Part shown: positions 20,646-31,940 of the stretch, piece after piece | Numbering within the stretch: position 1 is the first letter of the stretch | How the letters are laid out: the number at the start of each line of letters is the position of its first letter | Source of the DNA: Saccharolobus solfataricus P2 | GTDB taxonomy: Archaea; Thermoproteota; Thermoprotei_A; Sulfolobales; Sulfolobaceae | Direction: 5' to 3' (one strand) | DNA length: 64,000 bases | NCBI RefSeq assembly: GCF_000007005.1 | Contig: NC_002754.1 | The notes under the pieces: generated by a model | Databases searched by the model: none | What the model was told of the DNA's origin: nothing | What the model saw: only the letters and a program-made list of their open reading frames with translations | Made by a program: the position numbers and the translations under genes

Positions 20646-20996
20646 ATGGCAAAAATAAAACCCTCTGATCTAAAGAAAATGGAAAGAATGGGAATAAAAA
20701 CTGAACAAATAAATGCAACTAGAGTGATAATTGAGACTAATGAAAAGAATATAGTAATTGAAAATCCTACCGTTATGAAAACAAATGTCATGGGCAATGA
20801 GGCAATTGTTATATATGGTGGGCAAACCAGGGAAGAGAAAAAGCAGAGTCAAATTGAAATAAAAGATGAAGATGTAAAATTTGTCGCTGAACAAACTGGT
20901 AAAAGCGAAAAAGACGCCAGAGAGGCCTTAGTTAAGGCAAATGGCGACATAGCAAAGGCAATTATGATTCTGCAAGGAGAGACCTCAAACCCTTAA
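20646..20996 (+). CDS. nac: Nascent polypeptide-associated complex (archaeal NAC)
   Basis: NAC domain plus C-terminal UBA ([11 protein letters not shown]...AREAL....GDIAKAI). Confidence 0.93.
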   Translation: MAKIKPSDLKKMERMGIKTEQINATRVIIETNEKNIVIENPTVMKTNVMGNEAIVIYGGQTREEKKQSQIEIKDEDVKFVAEQTGKSEKDAREALVKANGDIAKAIMILQGETSNP

Positions 20997-21687
20997 TTAA
21001 ATCCTCCTCAGTTGGTTTCATAGAGACAATGATGTTTATTCCTTCAACCTCACTTAACATTAAGGCTAAGGGGTCTAGCTTAACCGGTCTATGGAAAACC
21101 ACAACCTGAGGCCTTATTGGGGCAACCTTAAGAGCTATCATTGGAGACCTACCGCTACTTACTCTCGTGAAAACCACAACCCTATTCACCATCATACTCA
21201 AAACTTGATAAAACTCTAAACCACTTAAACTCAGAATAGCCCTAATACTATCGGTAACAACGTAACCGTAAACCTTCTTATCAGTAACAAAGGAATTTAC
21301 GACAACACCGTCAACAGCCCTAATCAACTTATCTATACAAATAGGAGAATTGAAATCCCTCATATCAACAATGAAAGGGAAATTTATACCAAACATCTTA
21401 GCCAACTCTTTAACAACCTTATAACCCCTCCTAGCGTCAATTGAAATCAAAGCAGACACATAACGCTTAATGAACTCACTACCAGCCTGCCTTCTTCCCC
21501 TTTCGTAATCTGCGATAACAGATTGCTTAATTCCCATCTCCCTAGCCAGCTCACCTTGAGAAACGTTAAACATTTCCCTCCACTTCCTTAAAGATCCGGA
21601 TATATCCTTACTCCAAACAATATCTCCAGATATTCTCTTACCAATAGTCTCTATTATATAGGAATCAAATAATTCATCAACTGCCAT
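20962..21687 (-). CDS. XRE-type HTH transcriptional regulator with C-terminal DRTGG-like domain
   Basis: GDIVWS....[32 protein letters not shown]; [14 protein letters not shown]. Confidence 0.8.
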   Translation of the reverse strand: MAVDELFDSYIIETIGKRISGDIVWSKDISGSLRKWREMFNVSQGELAREMGIKQSVIADYERGRRQAGSEFIKRYVSALISIDARRGYKVVKELAKMFGINFPFIVDMRDFNSPICIDKLIRAVDGVVVNSFVTDKKVYGYVVTDSIRAILSLSGLEFYQVLSMMVNRVVVFTRVSSGRSPMIALKVAPIRPQVVVFHRPVKLDPLALMLSEVEGINIIVSMKPTEEDLIKGLRSLLAES

Positions 21688-21723
21688 TAGTGTTATAAAC
21701 ACGCGTTATAATTTAAATAATAG

Positions 21724-21799
21724 GGGTCCGTGGTCTAGCCTGGACTAGGATGCGACGTTCGGGTCGTCGTGGTCCCGGGTTCAAATCCCGGCGGACCCA
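21724..21799 (+). tRNA. tRNA-Pro(CGG)
   Basis: GGGTCCG/CGGACCC acceptor stem; CGACG-TTCGGGT-CGTCG anticodon arm; GGGTTCAAATCCC T arm; no encoded CCA. Confidence 0.97.
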
Positions 21800-21880
21800 T
21801 ACATAAATTAACTACTTCTTCCAATTCCTAACTAAAATCTCCCGAAAAGTAATGCATAATATACGAAATTTACGTTAATG

Positions 21881-22013
21881 GGTACTTTGTAGAATCGTCG
21901 AATTTTCACTATAGAGTTGGTGGTAGAACAAGCAGAGATTGTGCATCTGATCATCAATTGAAAGGAAGTTAATACTAGTTCAGTAGAAAAATATTCAACA
22001 CGTTAACTAAGCA
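21881..22013 (+). repeat. Diverged direct repeat, copy A (pairs with 28738-28871)
   Basis: Manual alignment gives 89/134 identities, with perfect blocks AATTGAAAGGAAG, AAAAATATTCAACA and AACTAAGCA at equal spacing. Confidence 0.8.
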
Positions 22014-22168
22014 TTTAGTGAGACCTATGATAGTAAAGTATCTCGGTTTCATTAGAAGATAATAATTGCCATACTCTCCCTAATGGGATTTTACGATAAT
22101 ATTTAAGATCTAATGTGAATTTCCTAAAGTGCTACCCCATATCCAAAACCAAAGTTTCTATTCTCAAA

Positions 22169-23398
22169 TCAAATAAGATACTTCTTTAAAATTTTCAAGA
22201 CAGAATTGGCAACATTATCCCAATTCGAATGCAGCTTTAAGAATTCCATTAACTTATCTCCATTCATGATCTCTTCAATTTCTTTCTCACTCATTTTGTA
22301 GAACTTTAAAGCGTTTTCAGCCATACTTTCCTTATCGAATTCATTAACAATCCTAACACACTCTAATCCTCCATAAACACTCTTAATTGCGGGAATGTCA
22401 TAGGCAACAACCGGCGTACCTAGGGCTAGAGATTCTAGAGCAACTAATGAGAAACCATCAACATGAGATGGATAAATTAGAACCTTAGCCTTAGAAACAA
22501 TATCTGCTAACTCCTCCCTCTTAACAAAGCCCTTATAGTCAACCCTCAAATCGTATTTTCTGACCTTAGACCAAAACCTCCTCTCGTTGTATTTATCGAA
22601 AAATTTGCCCATTAGAATTAACCTTACCTTATTACCACCCCTCTTTTCCATAATGCGCAAAATGTCTGGCAACTCATGAAAACCCTTATCTTGATTTAAC
22701 CTACTCCAGAATACAACGTAATCCTCTTTCCCCCTATTCCTAAACTTCAGAAGAGAAGGATTAAAAGCATTTCCGGGTTTAATAACCTCACCACCTAAAC
22801 CAGACTCAAGTAAAGGAGCTTCACTGACACCAGCTAAAAAAGTAGGTTTTTTCACTTTTTTAAACAACCTCTTATACAAATATTTTATATACTCGTTGTA
22901 TAGAAACCTAGTGTGAAAACCTTTTCCAGTATATGGATTTACACCATAAAATTTGACTAATCTCCTAAAGTATCTAAGGGAGTTATTATAAAAGGGGGGT
23001 TCATGGAAAGTTACGCCATATTTAGTATCCCTAGCCAGATAGAAAATATCAAGGGATGTGTGGTCTGGCTCGTACAAGATATCGGCGTCAACTTTAAAAC
23101 CCTTGGAAAACTCCCTAGCGATCTTATCGGCAAATAAAAACCTCTTAAGCCTTCCAATTCTCCTCTTCTCCTCCAATATCTCATAAAATTCATCAGCAAC
23201 CTTTATGCCTTGGCTCTCTAATTCCTTAGCCTTCTTCTCTACGTTCTCCTTATCCCATGAAAGGACTGGGCTAGAAGGGTAATATACAATTTTGAAATGC
23301 TCCTTAAGCCTAATCGTAACCTCATAAGCATGAACGGCTCCACCACCAGCAAAATACGGTGAGAGGAATTTATCGTAGACAACTCCCAGTGTAGTCAT
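22169..23398 (-). CDS. Glycosyltransferase family 4 (GT-B fold)
   Basis: GGGAVHAYE, SRLNQDKG, YPSHVDGFSLVALESLALGTPVVAYD. Confidence 0.92.
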   Translation of the reverse strand: MTTLGVVYDKFLSPYFAGGGAVHAYEVTIRLKEHFKIVYYPSSPVLSWDKENVEKKAKELESQGIKVADEFYEILEEKRRIGRLKRFLFADKIAREFSKGFKVDADILYEPDHTSLDIFYLARDTKYGVTFHEPPFYNNSLRYFRRLVKFYGVNPYTGKGFHTRFLYNEYIKYLYKRLFKKVKKPTFLAGVSEAPLLESGLGGEVIKPGNAFNPSLLKFRNRGKEDYVVFWSRLNQDKGFHELPDILRIMEKRGGNKVRLILMGKFFDKYNERRFWSKVRKYDLRVDYKGFVKREELADIVSKAKVLIYPSHVDGFSLVALESLALGTPVVAYDIPAIKSVYGGLECVRIVNEFDKESMAENALKFYKMSEKEIEEIMNGDKLMEFLKLHSNWDNVANSVLKILKKYLI

Positions 23399-23437
23399 TT
23401 CCTACACATAAACTTTATTTAGTCTCAATAAAAATTC

Positions 23438-23611
<174 letters not shown>

Positions 23612-23734
23612 TTTTCAACAACGAAACTTCAATACCCTCTTATGCCTATTATATTTTTATTTAATGGTACAAAATTTGAAACTGTATACAAAGCTTTATA
23701 AAGTATTTTCGCTTATTCCACTAGCAGATGTAGT

Positions 23735-26700
23735 ATGAATAAAACCCTCGGTCTAATCCTAACCTCTGTATTCCTACTATCCACTTTAGGCATAATAACT
23801 GGATTTGTAATACCAACACAAGCTGCCAACTCTAATGATGCGGCAATATACACAATACCTAGTGTTACTAGTGTAAGTAATACTTCTAATATAGTCATTA
23901 ACCTATTCTTTAACGCTACTTCAAACTCTACAGTAGGCGCACAAGCATCTGCATTTAATTATGGTTTAGCAATTAACTATACTTTAGATGCCATAACGTT
24001 TACCGTGGTACTTCCAAGTGGTACGTCCTATCCACTAATAAAATTAAATGCTAAAAATTTTGCAAATTATGGATATTATGATCTAGCTCACAATTCAATA
24101 GTTTTACTATTAAATACTACTGCTTCATCCACAGCCAAAGAATTGGCATATAGTTATGAGCAAAGTATTGGAGTAACTCCTTCAGCAAGTTATAAAATTT
24201 ATAATTATACTAATAAAACCGTAAATGTTAATCAATACATGAATGAGCTACCTCTATCAATGTTGATATATATGGCAACTAATGGAAAATATAACAATTT
24301 AGCATCATTACCAGTAGGTACTAAACTAGAATTCACTTACGCTGGTGTCACTTATATCATAGCAGTGTCCCCAACCGTGAAATTAGTAGGTGAGTTATTA
24401 AACCCATTGTATACAGCAAATTCAAAGATGTTACCTGGCACTAACTACGCAGTTGGAAGAAGCAACATAACCGTAGCAGTTTACGATAACTTGATTACAA
24501 CTACCACATCACCATTTAACTTTACCTTAACCTATTCCTCATTAGCGCCAGCCCTAATATACTGGTTTGTAATAGCTAATACAACATATACTAATAATGG
24601 TGCTTCTACACCAACAGCTAGCTTCCAGGCTCCACCGTTTAAACAATACTTCCCATCTAATAGTACCATATTATATTCCGCAGCACCAACTAAAAGTTCG
24701 ATCCTAATGTTTAATGGACAAATGAACGTCACTGCACATGAAAACGTAACGCTAACCTTACAAACCGGTACTAACATATACACATCTCCAAACTTCAACG
24801 TGACTCCACCAGGTAATTATACTTTCTCTGGTAAGTTAGGTGTTGGATTCAATGGCTTCATCTATCAAAACGGTAGTGCAACATTAACTGCAACTATATT
24901 TAATGGTACAATTAATTTCTTCTTTAGCAGTACTGGCCAGAAAGCCGCATTTACTTTCTTCCTAGTTCCGATAGTTCCAATAAACTTAGGCGATAATAAT
25001 GGTGCAACAGTGATCTATAATGGGGTATCTCTCAACACTGGCTTCCCACAAGTAGTAGTAATGTTTAACATAACTGGTAATTTCACTAAATCTGGAAGTA
25101 ATTATCTATTATACGGATCAGTATATGAGGCTGAGTTAAAACCGTTAGGCTCTACTCAATTACAAAAATTAGCTGGTGCAACTGATAGTACACAGTTCGT
25201 GGGTAACTTAATTTCATCCGCTTCATCACCTTTAGTATCTTACTTCAACTACGGTGAATCTACAACAACAATAACAGGAACATCATTATCCTTCACAGTG
25301 CTAATGCCATTAAAGTTCATTGTTGAGAGATTAGGCTACATCTATCTAGTAACCTTCCATATATGGGGTCCGTCAGCTACTGTAACTGTAACTGGTGTTG
25401 ACTACCACGGTACCCAAATTGCACTAGGTTCCTTTAGAGCATATGTAGCACTTCCAAGCTTCTATACACTGCCAAAAACTCCATTGGTTGGCTTAACTTG
25501 CGACAACATGTATACACTAGCACAAGTAAGTGATGCTGGCTCAGTCCTAGAGACCTCCACGGCGAATTCCAATGCTAATAATGCAACTGTTATTGGACCC
25601 TATGACTTAATGTCCAATGCTGGTCTACACGTGGCAATTTACAATGGTTCTAAACTAGTGAAGAGTGGGAATTTAGGCCTATTACCCAATGCGACAACAG
25701 CTCCTATAACCACTACTATAACGCTAAATGGACAAACAGTTGCATTAACTTACTCTTCTGCTCCAACAGCGATATACCCAGTTGATTTCAAGTTTGAGCC
25801 AGGATTCAGTTACAGTGTTACAACTAACGTGATATATAATACTTCAATTCCAACCTATGTTGTGACTGTATATATGCCATTGAAATACATACTACAAACT
25901 AAAATCGTAATGTGGTATGTGAGTCCTGACTATGCTGCTTACTTCTATTATTCAAGCACTGGACAGTATCAAACTAGTAACGTAACCTTAACGTTTGCAA
26001 ATGTTACTCCAGAATTAGTAATGCCACAAGTATTCCCGGTTGGCAAACTATACATGCCCTTCGGAATTAATGATCCGTATTACGTGTTCTACAGCAGTAT
26101 AAGTATAGGTCCGCAGAGTGGAGTAATTGAAGCTGTTGAGAATGGATTTAACGTAGGTAACATTACTTCAATTACTGTAGAACTAAATGGTATGAACGAG
26201 TCAATAGTATTATCACCACTAAATGTTAGTAAATTATTAATATCAAGTAACTTAGGTGAAGTATCTCAATGCAGCCCATTATTTACAACTACACTATTCA
26301 ACATATCCGCGTTAGCTTCACTATTAGGTTTACCAAACGCAGCTGCTCTAAATGGAAGCTATTTATATGTAACCTATCACGATATAATCAGTGGAGCTTA
26401 TGTGACAAACAGGACCTTACTGGTGGTTGGTCAATTCTACGTGATGCCACCAACTACTCCAGGTTCGGTTGAATGGATATTAACTGCAAAGTACATTAAT
26501 GCTACAACGGGTATTCCAGTTGAGATAAGCTATGCTGTAGTGCAACAGCCAAGTGCTAAGGTAGTTGATATAAACGCAGCTAATGCAAGCATTACACAAA
26601 TACAAGTAACTGGTGTGAAGATTGTTAGCAAGTACGCTACTGTGACAGTTATGTATAATCCAAGTAATGCAAGCACAATCGTATACATGAACGGTATGTT

Positions 26701-27430
26701 TGTAGCTTCATATGGTGGTAATCTAATATCTTCGCTATCAGAGACGTCAACATTTGGAGTATATTACGGAGCAGTAGTTAACTTATATGTAGCGACTGGT
26801 ACATTAAGTAGTCCTAACGGAACAATGTATGTAGTATTAGGATCTCATAAAGTTGCAGTAGGTACTGCTAATCTATACACTTACGCTGGATACCACTTCG
26901 GTCCATACACAGCCCTACCACTAGTATCTAATGTAACATTTACAGTACAAGACCCAGTAACTCATGCGACACTCACTGGTCAAACCACCTTAGGTGCATT
27001 TAACAACACTCCAATTAGGTTAGCTCCATTAGGTGTATCAATACCTCAAACTGCCCAATATAAAGTGTTCTACTACTATAGCACACCTTTAGTATTAAGC
27101 CCAACAAGTCAGTACATAGTGTTGTCTGTGACAAGTGTTATATCCTATCCATATCCATTCTACATAGAAACTGTATCGTTCTTAGGTTATAACGTAACTA
27201 CTGGAACTCCAGTGCCTGGCACTCCAGCATTCCAGACAGTATATTCGCCATCCTTAGGTCCTGGTGTAGTATTACAAGTACCTGTTCAGTCATATCAGTT
27301 CATAAGCTTATCGACTCCAAGTGAGCCTCATACAGTAGTAATGTTTGCAGTGCCGTTTGCAGGCGGTCCAGCAATATCTCTATACCCGACATTCTTAGTA
27401 TACGCTAATGTGACGGCGATTTCAAGTTAA
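23735..27430 (+). CDS. slaA: S-layer protein A
   Basis: 1231 aa, Sec signal peptide, T/N/Y/V-rich with very many N-glycosylation sequons, no C-terminal TM, followed by slaB. Confidence 0.93.
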   Translation: MNKTLGLILTSVFLLSTLGIITGFVIPTQAANSNDAAIYTIPSVTSVSNTSNIVINLFFNATSNSTVGAQASAFNYGLAINYTLDAITFTVVLPSGTSYPLIKLNAKNFANYGYYDLAHNSIVLLLNTTASSTAKELAYSYEQSIGVTPSASYKIYNYTNKTVNVNQYMNELPLSMLIYMATNGKYNNLASLPVGTKLEFTYAGVTYIIAVSPTVKLVGELLNPLYTANSKMLPGTNYAVGRSNITVAVYDNLITTTTSPFNFTLTYSSLAPALIYWFVIANTTYTNNGASTPTASFQAPPFKQYFPSNSTILYSAAPTKSSILMFNGQMNVTAHENVTLTLQTGTNIYTSPNFNVTPPGNYTFSGKLGVGFNGFIYQNGSATLTATIFNGTINFFFSSTGQKAAFTFFLVPIVPINLGDNNGATVIYNGVSLNTGFPQVVVMFNITGNFTKSGSNYLLYGSVYEAELKPLGSTQLQKLAGATDSTQFVGNLISSASSPLVSYFNYGESTTTITGTSLSFTVLMPLKFIVERLGYIYLVTFHIWGPSATVTVTGVDYHGTQIALGSFRAYVALPSFYTLPKTPLVGLTCDNMYTLAQVSDAGSVLETSTANSNANNATVIGPYDLMSNAGLHVAIYNGSKLVKSGNLGLLPNATTAPITTTITLNGQTVALTYSSAPTAIYPVDFKFEPGFSYSVTTNVIYNTSIPTYVVTVYMPLKYILQTKIVMWYVSPDYAAYFYYSSTGQYQTSNVTLTFANVTPELVMPQVFPVGKLYMPFGINDPYYVFYSSISIGPQSGVIEAVENGFNVGNITSITVELNGMNESIVLSPLNVSKLLISSNLGEVSQCSPLFTTTLFNISALASLLGLPNAAALNGSYLYVTYHDIISGAYVTNRTLLVVGQFYVMPPTTPGSVEWILTAKYINATTGIPVEISYAVVQQPSAKVVDINAANASITQIQVTGVKIVSKYATVTVMYNPSNASTIVYMNGMFVASYGGNLISSLSETSTFGVYYGAVVNLYVATGTLSSPNGTMYVVLGSHKVAVGTANLYTYAGYHFGPYTALPLVSNVTFTVQDPVTHATLTGQTTLGAFNNTPIRLAPLGVSIPQTAQYKVFYYYSTPLVLSPTSQYIVLSVTSVISYPYPFYIETVSFLGYNVTTGTPVPGTPAFQTVYSPSLGPGVVLQVPVQSYQFISLSTPSEPHTVVMFAVPFAGGPAISLYPTFLVYANVTAISS

Positions 27431-27434
27431 AAGG

Positions 27435-27447
27435 TTTTTATTTTTTT
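27435..27447 (+). terminator. U-rich terminator/attenuator between slaA and slaB
   Basis: TTTTTATTTTTTT 4 nt after the slaA stop. Confidence 0.55.
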
Positions 27448-27471
27448 CTCTTAACCATATATTTGAGGTGA

Positions 27472-28665
27472 TTGGTTGTGAAAAAAACATTCGTTTTATC
27501 TACCTTGATATTAATTTCAGTTGTAGCGTTAGTGAGTACAGCAGTTTATACATCTGGTAACGTAACTTTTTACAGTCCTAGTGTAAATAATCAAATTTAC
27601 TATGTTGGAAAATCAGTAACAATTGATGCTGTTGTTCCTCAACAATTTGCTGGTCAAGGAGCTGTTATAAACTTATTCTTCCCTAATTCAACGCTAGCTG
27701 CTAGTATTCCTACTACCGTTAATGCTACTGGTGGAATTTATGTGCCCAATGCTTATACATTTCCTCACGTAATAGGAATTTGGCAAATTACTGTTGAAGT
27801 TACTGGTGGTGTGGCTGTAGGTACAATTGACGTTAATGTTACAACTCCCGCAGTAGCTCCAATCATATTAACTCTACAAAACTTAGCTATGTATGAGAAT
27901 ACTTACCCACAGTTTATAGAGTTTGCTAATGGTATCATAACTTCAGTGGTTATGCAAAACGGTACTGTGAACATAATGGGTTACGTCTATAATAGTACAG
28001 TAGGTCCATTATCTGGTGCTACTGTTTCCTTAACTCTTAATATACCCACTGTTGGGACTAAAACGTTATCTACGACAACTGCTTCAAACGGGTCGTTCAT
28101 GTTAAGTTTCCAAGTTCCTCAATTATCAACCACTTTAACGCTAATATCTTCCTACTTGATCAGTGGTAGCTTAACGGTATCTTATGGAGTCCATACTGTA
28201 ACTTATAACGTATTTATAACCGCAATTCCGAACTATCTTAGTGTAATTAATGCGTTAAATAATGAAGTTAGTACGTTAAGGAGTGAGATCTCATCGTTAA
28301 ATAGCACAATCGCTAGCTTAAATAAGAGTTTAGCTAATGCAAATACTCAGATATCCAATTTACAGAGTGAGATAACCACATTGAATAGCGAAATAGGAAA
28401 GTTAAACAGTACTGTAGGATCGCTAAGTACTCAACTTAGCTCACTGTCTTCACAGTATAATACTTTGAGCAGTCAAGTTACTGCACTAAATGGTAAAATA
28501 AGCAATCTAAGTACAAGTCTCAGTACTTTAAACGGAGAGGTTGCTAGCTTAAGGAGTACTGTTAGTAGTTTAACTACAATAGCCTATGGCGGAATTATAG
28601 CTGGCATAATAGGTCTAATTGTTGCAATAGTAGCCATAGTACTAGTAATGAGGAGAATAAGTTAA
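27472..28665 (+). CDS. slaB: S-layer membrane anchor protein B
   Basis: TTG start with GAGGTGA SD; signal peptide; beta-rich domains; long heptad coiled coil; C-terminal TM helix plus RR. Confidence 0.93.
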   Translation: MVVKKTFVLSTLILISVVALVSTAVYTSGNVTFYSPSVNNQIYYVGKSVTIDAVVPQQFAGQGAVINLFFPNSTLAASIPTTVNATGGIYVPNAYTFPHVIGIWQITVEVTGGVAVGTIDVNVTTPAVAPIILTLQNLAMYENTYPQFIEFANGIITSVVMQNGTVNIMGYVYNSTVGPLSGATVSLTLNIPTVGTKTLSTTTASNGSFMLSFQVPQLSTTLTLISSYLISGSLTVSYGVHTVTYNVFITAIPNYLSVINALNNEVSTLRSEISSLNSTIASLNKSLANANTQISNLQSEITTLNSEIGKLNSTVGSLSTQLSSLSSQYNTLSSQVTALNGKISNLSTSLSTLNGEVASLRSTVSSLTTIAYGGIIAGIIGLIVAIVAIVLVMRRIS

Positions 28666-28676
28666 GCTAATTATTG

Positions 28677-28705
28677 TTTTTTTTAATAAGAACTTTTTCT
28701 TTTTT
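28677..28705 (+). terminator. U-rich terminator of slaAB
   Basis: T8 run followed by TTTTTCTTTTTT directly after the slaB stop. Confidence 0.55.
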
Positions 28706-28737
28706 CCAAACTCTGTTTCAATGCGTTCATTGCTTAA

Positions 28738-28871
28738 GGTGCTTTGTGGGTTTGATGAATTTTTCGCCAAGAGTTAAGAGGATTCATAAACAGAAATTGA
28801 ACATCTTGAGATTAATTGAAAGGAAGATATTGGTGATTTAATTTAAAAATATTCAACAGATCAACTAAGCA
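28738..28871 (+). repeat. Diverged direct repeat, copy B (pairs with 21881-22013)
   Basis: Same conserved blocks and spacings as copy A, with one indel. Confidence 0.8.
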
Positions 28872-28924
28872 GCAGCTCATAGGGAAAAAAATAAATACCT
28901 TCCCCATTCTCATTATTATAGAGT

Positions 28925-29006
<82 letters not shown>

Positions 29007-29017
29007 ATGTGATTGAG

Positions 29018-31201
29018 ATGTTTGAAAATTACTTCATGGATGCGGTAAAGGGTTATTATAGGCATTTAGCGATAATTGAATCTCAAGATCCTTTAGAGAA
29101 GATTAATTCATTAATTGATGACTATTTAAAGGTTAACAAGAAGCCAAGGGTTATATACGGCTTTCATCCTTGGCTCGACAATTCAAAAGATAGAATGAAA
29201 GAGCTGAAAAAGAGATTTGAAAACTTTCTCGACATAGATTACTCCAATTCAGAGAAATATCTTGGGCAAAGCGCGGATTTGGTAATATTAGACGCAATGG
29301 ATGATTTTAGGCCTAACTACATTGCTAGATTCGTTGACATGACTAAGGGAGGAGGTATAGCGATAATCTACAGCGATAACATCCTAGAGGGTAAGTTGTA
29401 TAAGAAGTCTTTGACCAGGTATGGTGTTGTTAAAGATCTGTTTGAAGCTAGGTTTATTGAACTGGCTAAGAGATATAGAGGGATCATTTTCTTTCAAGGA
29501 AATGATAGGATAACTTTTACACCGTATTCCTCAAATGAAACTCACAAACCATACAAGAAAATACCTAAAAGTCCTAAAGTTTCGATGGAGCTTCATGAGC
29601 TTTGTCTATCTTCTGACCAGAACAAGGTTCTTGAGGAATCCTTGTTCATTATGAATCTAGGGAAAAGAGTTTTAGTAATAACTGCAGCAAGGGGTAGGGG
29701 TAAGAGTGCATCCATAGGTTTGTTTTTGTCTTATTTAATGAGTGAGGGAAATTTTGGTAGTATTATAGTAACTTCCCCAACGTACTATTCTTCACAAGAG
29801 ATATTCAAATTCATAATTAGAGGGTTAGAAGCTCTAAATGTTAAGTATAAGGTAATCACATCAAGGGATGGTAAGATAATGAAGATATCTACAAGGGATT
29901 CCAGGGTAAAATGGGTTTCTCCGGACTTAGCTAAAAATGAGGAGGGTGATTTAATAGTTATAGATGAGGCAGCTGCTATGGGTATAGAGTTTTTAGACTA
30001 TATCGTGAGATCTTGGGATAAGGTAATCTTGGTTACTACTATTCACGGTTATGAGGGTTCTGGGAAGGCATTTTTAAAGTACGTTGATAAACTGAAGGGT
30101 AAGGTTCTTTTGAAGAATATAAAGATGGATTATCCTATTAGGTATGCTAAGGGTGATCCTATTGAGAAGTTCTTATTTGATGTATTCTTATTGGATGCTG
30201 AACCGCATGAAGTTGAATATAATGGTAAGTTGAAAATAGTTGAGGTTCCTCAAGAGGAATTGTTTCGAGATGATGATTTGCTTAAGAGCGTTTATGGAAT
30301 ATTGGTTACTGCTCATTATAGGAATTCCCCTGATGATTTAATGCTTTTAGGCGATATGGCTTTCCAAAAGGTTATAGTAGGTTATTCATCTGAGAATCCT
30401 GTGGCAGTTTGTCAAGTTGTCTATGAGGGAGGTCTAACTGATAAGCAAATATGGGATATTTCCAATGGGTTAAAGAATGAGGGGCATTTGATTCCTCATA
30501 GGCTTATAAAGTACATGAGGGCTTTAGATTTCGGTAAGTTGAAGGGTTGGAGGATAATGAGGATTGCTGTTTCTCCGGAAAATCAAGGTAAGGGTATAGG
30601 GAGTAGAGTTATCGAAGAGGTTATTAAGATGGCGAAGGGAGTTGATTGGATTGGATCTTCATTTGTTGCAGATTACTCCGTTTTACGATTTTGGATAAAG
30701 AACGGATTTTTGCCGGTTTATTTATCCTCTATTAAGAATGAGGAACTTAATGGTTATTCGGTGATTGTGATTAAGGCTTTAAGCGAGAGAACTAAGGAGT
30801 TTGTTGTTAAACTTTCCAGTTTATTGAAGGATAAGCTATTGAGAACTTCTCATCAAGTCTATTATAATTTGAATCCTCAACTTATTGTTCTATTATTAAG
30901 GAATACTTACAGTGAAAGGATAGAGGGAGAGGTTCCAGATCTATATGTTGATAAGATTAAGGCTTATACTGAAGGTAAGGTTCCATATAATGTCATCGCT
31001 GAAGCTGCACATTTCTTAGTTACTAAACATTTTTTAGAACTTAAAGCCGATTTAAGTATAGAAGCCGAGGCTTCACTAGTAGCTAGAGTTTTACAAGGTA
31101 AAAGTTGGTATCATGCAGGTTTAATGTTAGGTTTGAGTAGTAGGGAAGTTGAAGATAATGTTAAGCAGAGTTTAGGGGTTTTGTTAGAAACTTATACTTA
31201 G
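29018..31201 (+). CDS. tmcA: tRNA/RNA cytidine acetyltransferase TmcA/Nat10 (helicase + GNAT); start revised out of the tRNA
   Basis: [47 protein letters not shown]. The track start at 28970 lies inside tRNA-Gly; GTG 29009 is an alternative start. Confidence 0.92.
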
Positions 31202-31429
31202 TGGACTTTCTCTCTCTGTATAGATGGTATGTATATGTTATGGAATCACTTTACTTTGCAGTAGTTTTCCAAAGGTATGAAGAAGGGATTGTTATCTTTT
31301 ATCATCTTGTAAAATAGCTAAATTGAAGATTTTTTATCATTTTCTTTTAACTAAACACTTTTTGATGCAAAATTTACTAACTAAATAGACTATAAACATG
31401 TTTTCGTTGCTGTAATACGGGACGGGAAA

Positions 31430-31624
31430 ATGAAGAAAGAAAAGAGCAGTTTTGAAGTGGAGATACAATTACGCTAGAGAAACGATAAGTATCACACCTA
31501 TTGATCGGAAACGATAAACGGTTAGGCGAAGGAAATTTACGTTGTTCTTCAATGGCGTTATTTGGTTATATGTAAATTAGAAATGGAATCGAGGGTAAGG
31601 TTAGCTGTTTTCCCTATACTTTAA
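31430..31624 (+). pseudogene. Decayed SSV-type integrase N-terminal fragment near the tRNA-Ser 3' end
   Basis: Single frame MKKEKSSFEVEIQLR*RNDKYHTY*SETING*AKEIYVVLQ with three internal stops. In register with the SSV1-type int N-terminus ([18 protein letters not shown].YVGPL, recalled from memory). Confidence 0.65.
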
Positions 31625-31831
31625 TTTAAATCATTTTATGCTCTATCACGTTAGTCTCAACCATAAGGTAAGTTATAAGGCTCCTTTGAGCTTAACGGCA
31701 TAAGGTTCACTTTTCTGTTTTTCTCCTCAGTTAATTTACATAGAATTCCTTGGGAACATCACTCCCGTCGAACCGGAATTATAGAGAACTAGTAATAAGA
31801 AAAATCAATATAAAAAGGGTTAAACGCTTAG

Positions 31832-31916
31832 CGCCGGGGGCGGGATTTGAACCCGCGCAGGCTAGACACCTACTGGCTCTCAAGGCCAGCCCCTTGGACC
31901 ACTCGGGCACCCCGGC
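31832..31916 (-). tRNA. tRNA-Ser(TGA)
   Basis: GCCGGGG/CCCCGGC acceptor stem; CTGGC-CTTGAGA-GCCAG anticodon arm; long variable arm; G discriminator. Confidence 0.96.
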
Positions 31917-31940
31917 AAATTATAGTTTAACACTATAGCT

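Noticed and set aside
20588-20797. Hydrophobic N-terminal extension on the beta-CASP nuclease
   Set aside because: Antisense to nac; the family begins at [11 protein letters not shown].
21955-21964. AATTGAAAG (also at 28814-28822), which resembles the 3' end of Sulfolobus CRISPR repeats
   Set aside because: Only two copies 6.9 kb apart, with no 24-25-nt repeat, no regular spacers and no cas genes. Explained as part of the 134-bp repeat.
28250-28580. Periodic sequence in the 3' part of slaB
   Set aside because: Heptad coiled-coil coding pattern, expected for the SlaB stalk.
31669-31716. Three ATAAGG hexamers between the int(N) relic and tRNA-Ser
   Set aside because: Too short and irregularly spaced to exceed chance in AT-rich DNA.
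31750-31938. 62-aa ORF crossing tRNA-Ser
   Set aside because: TTG start, and its C-terminal half is antisense tRNA. No int(N)-like residues precede the tRNA, so it is not called as a CDS.
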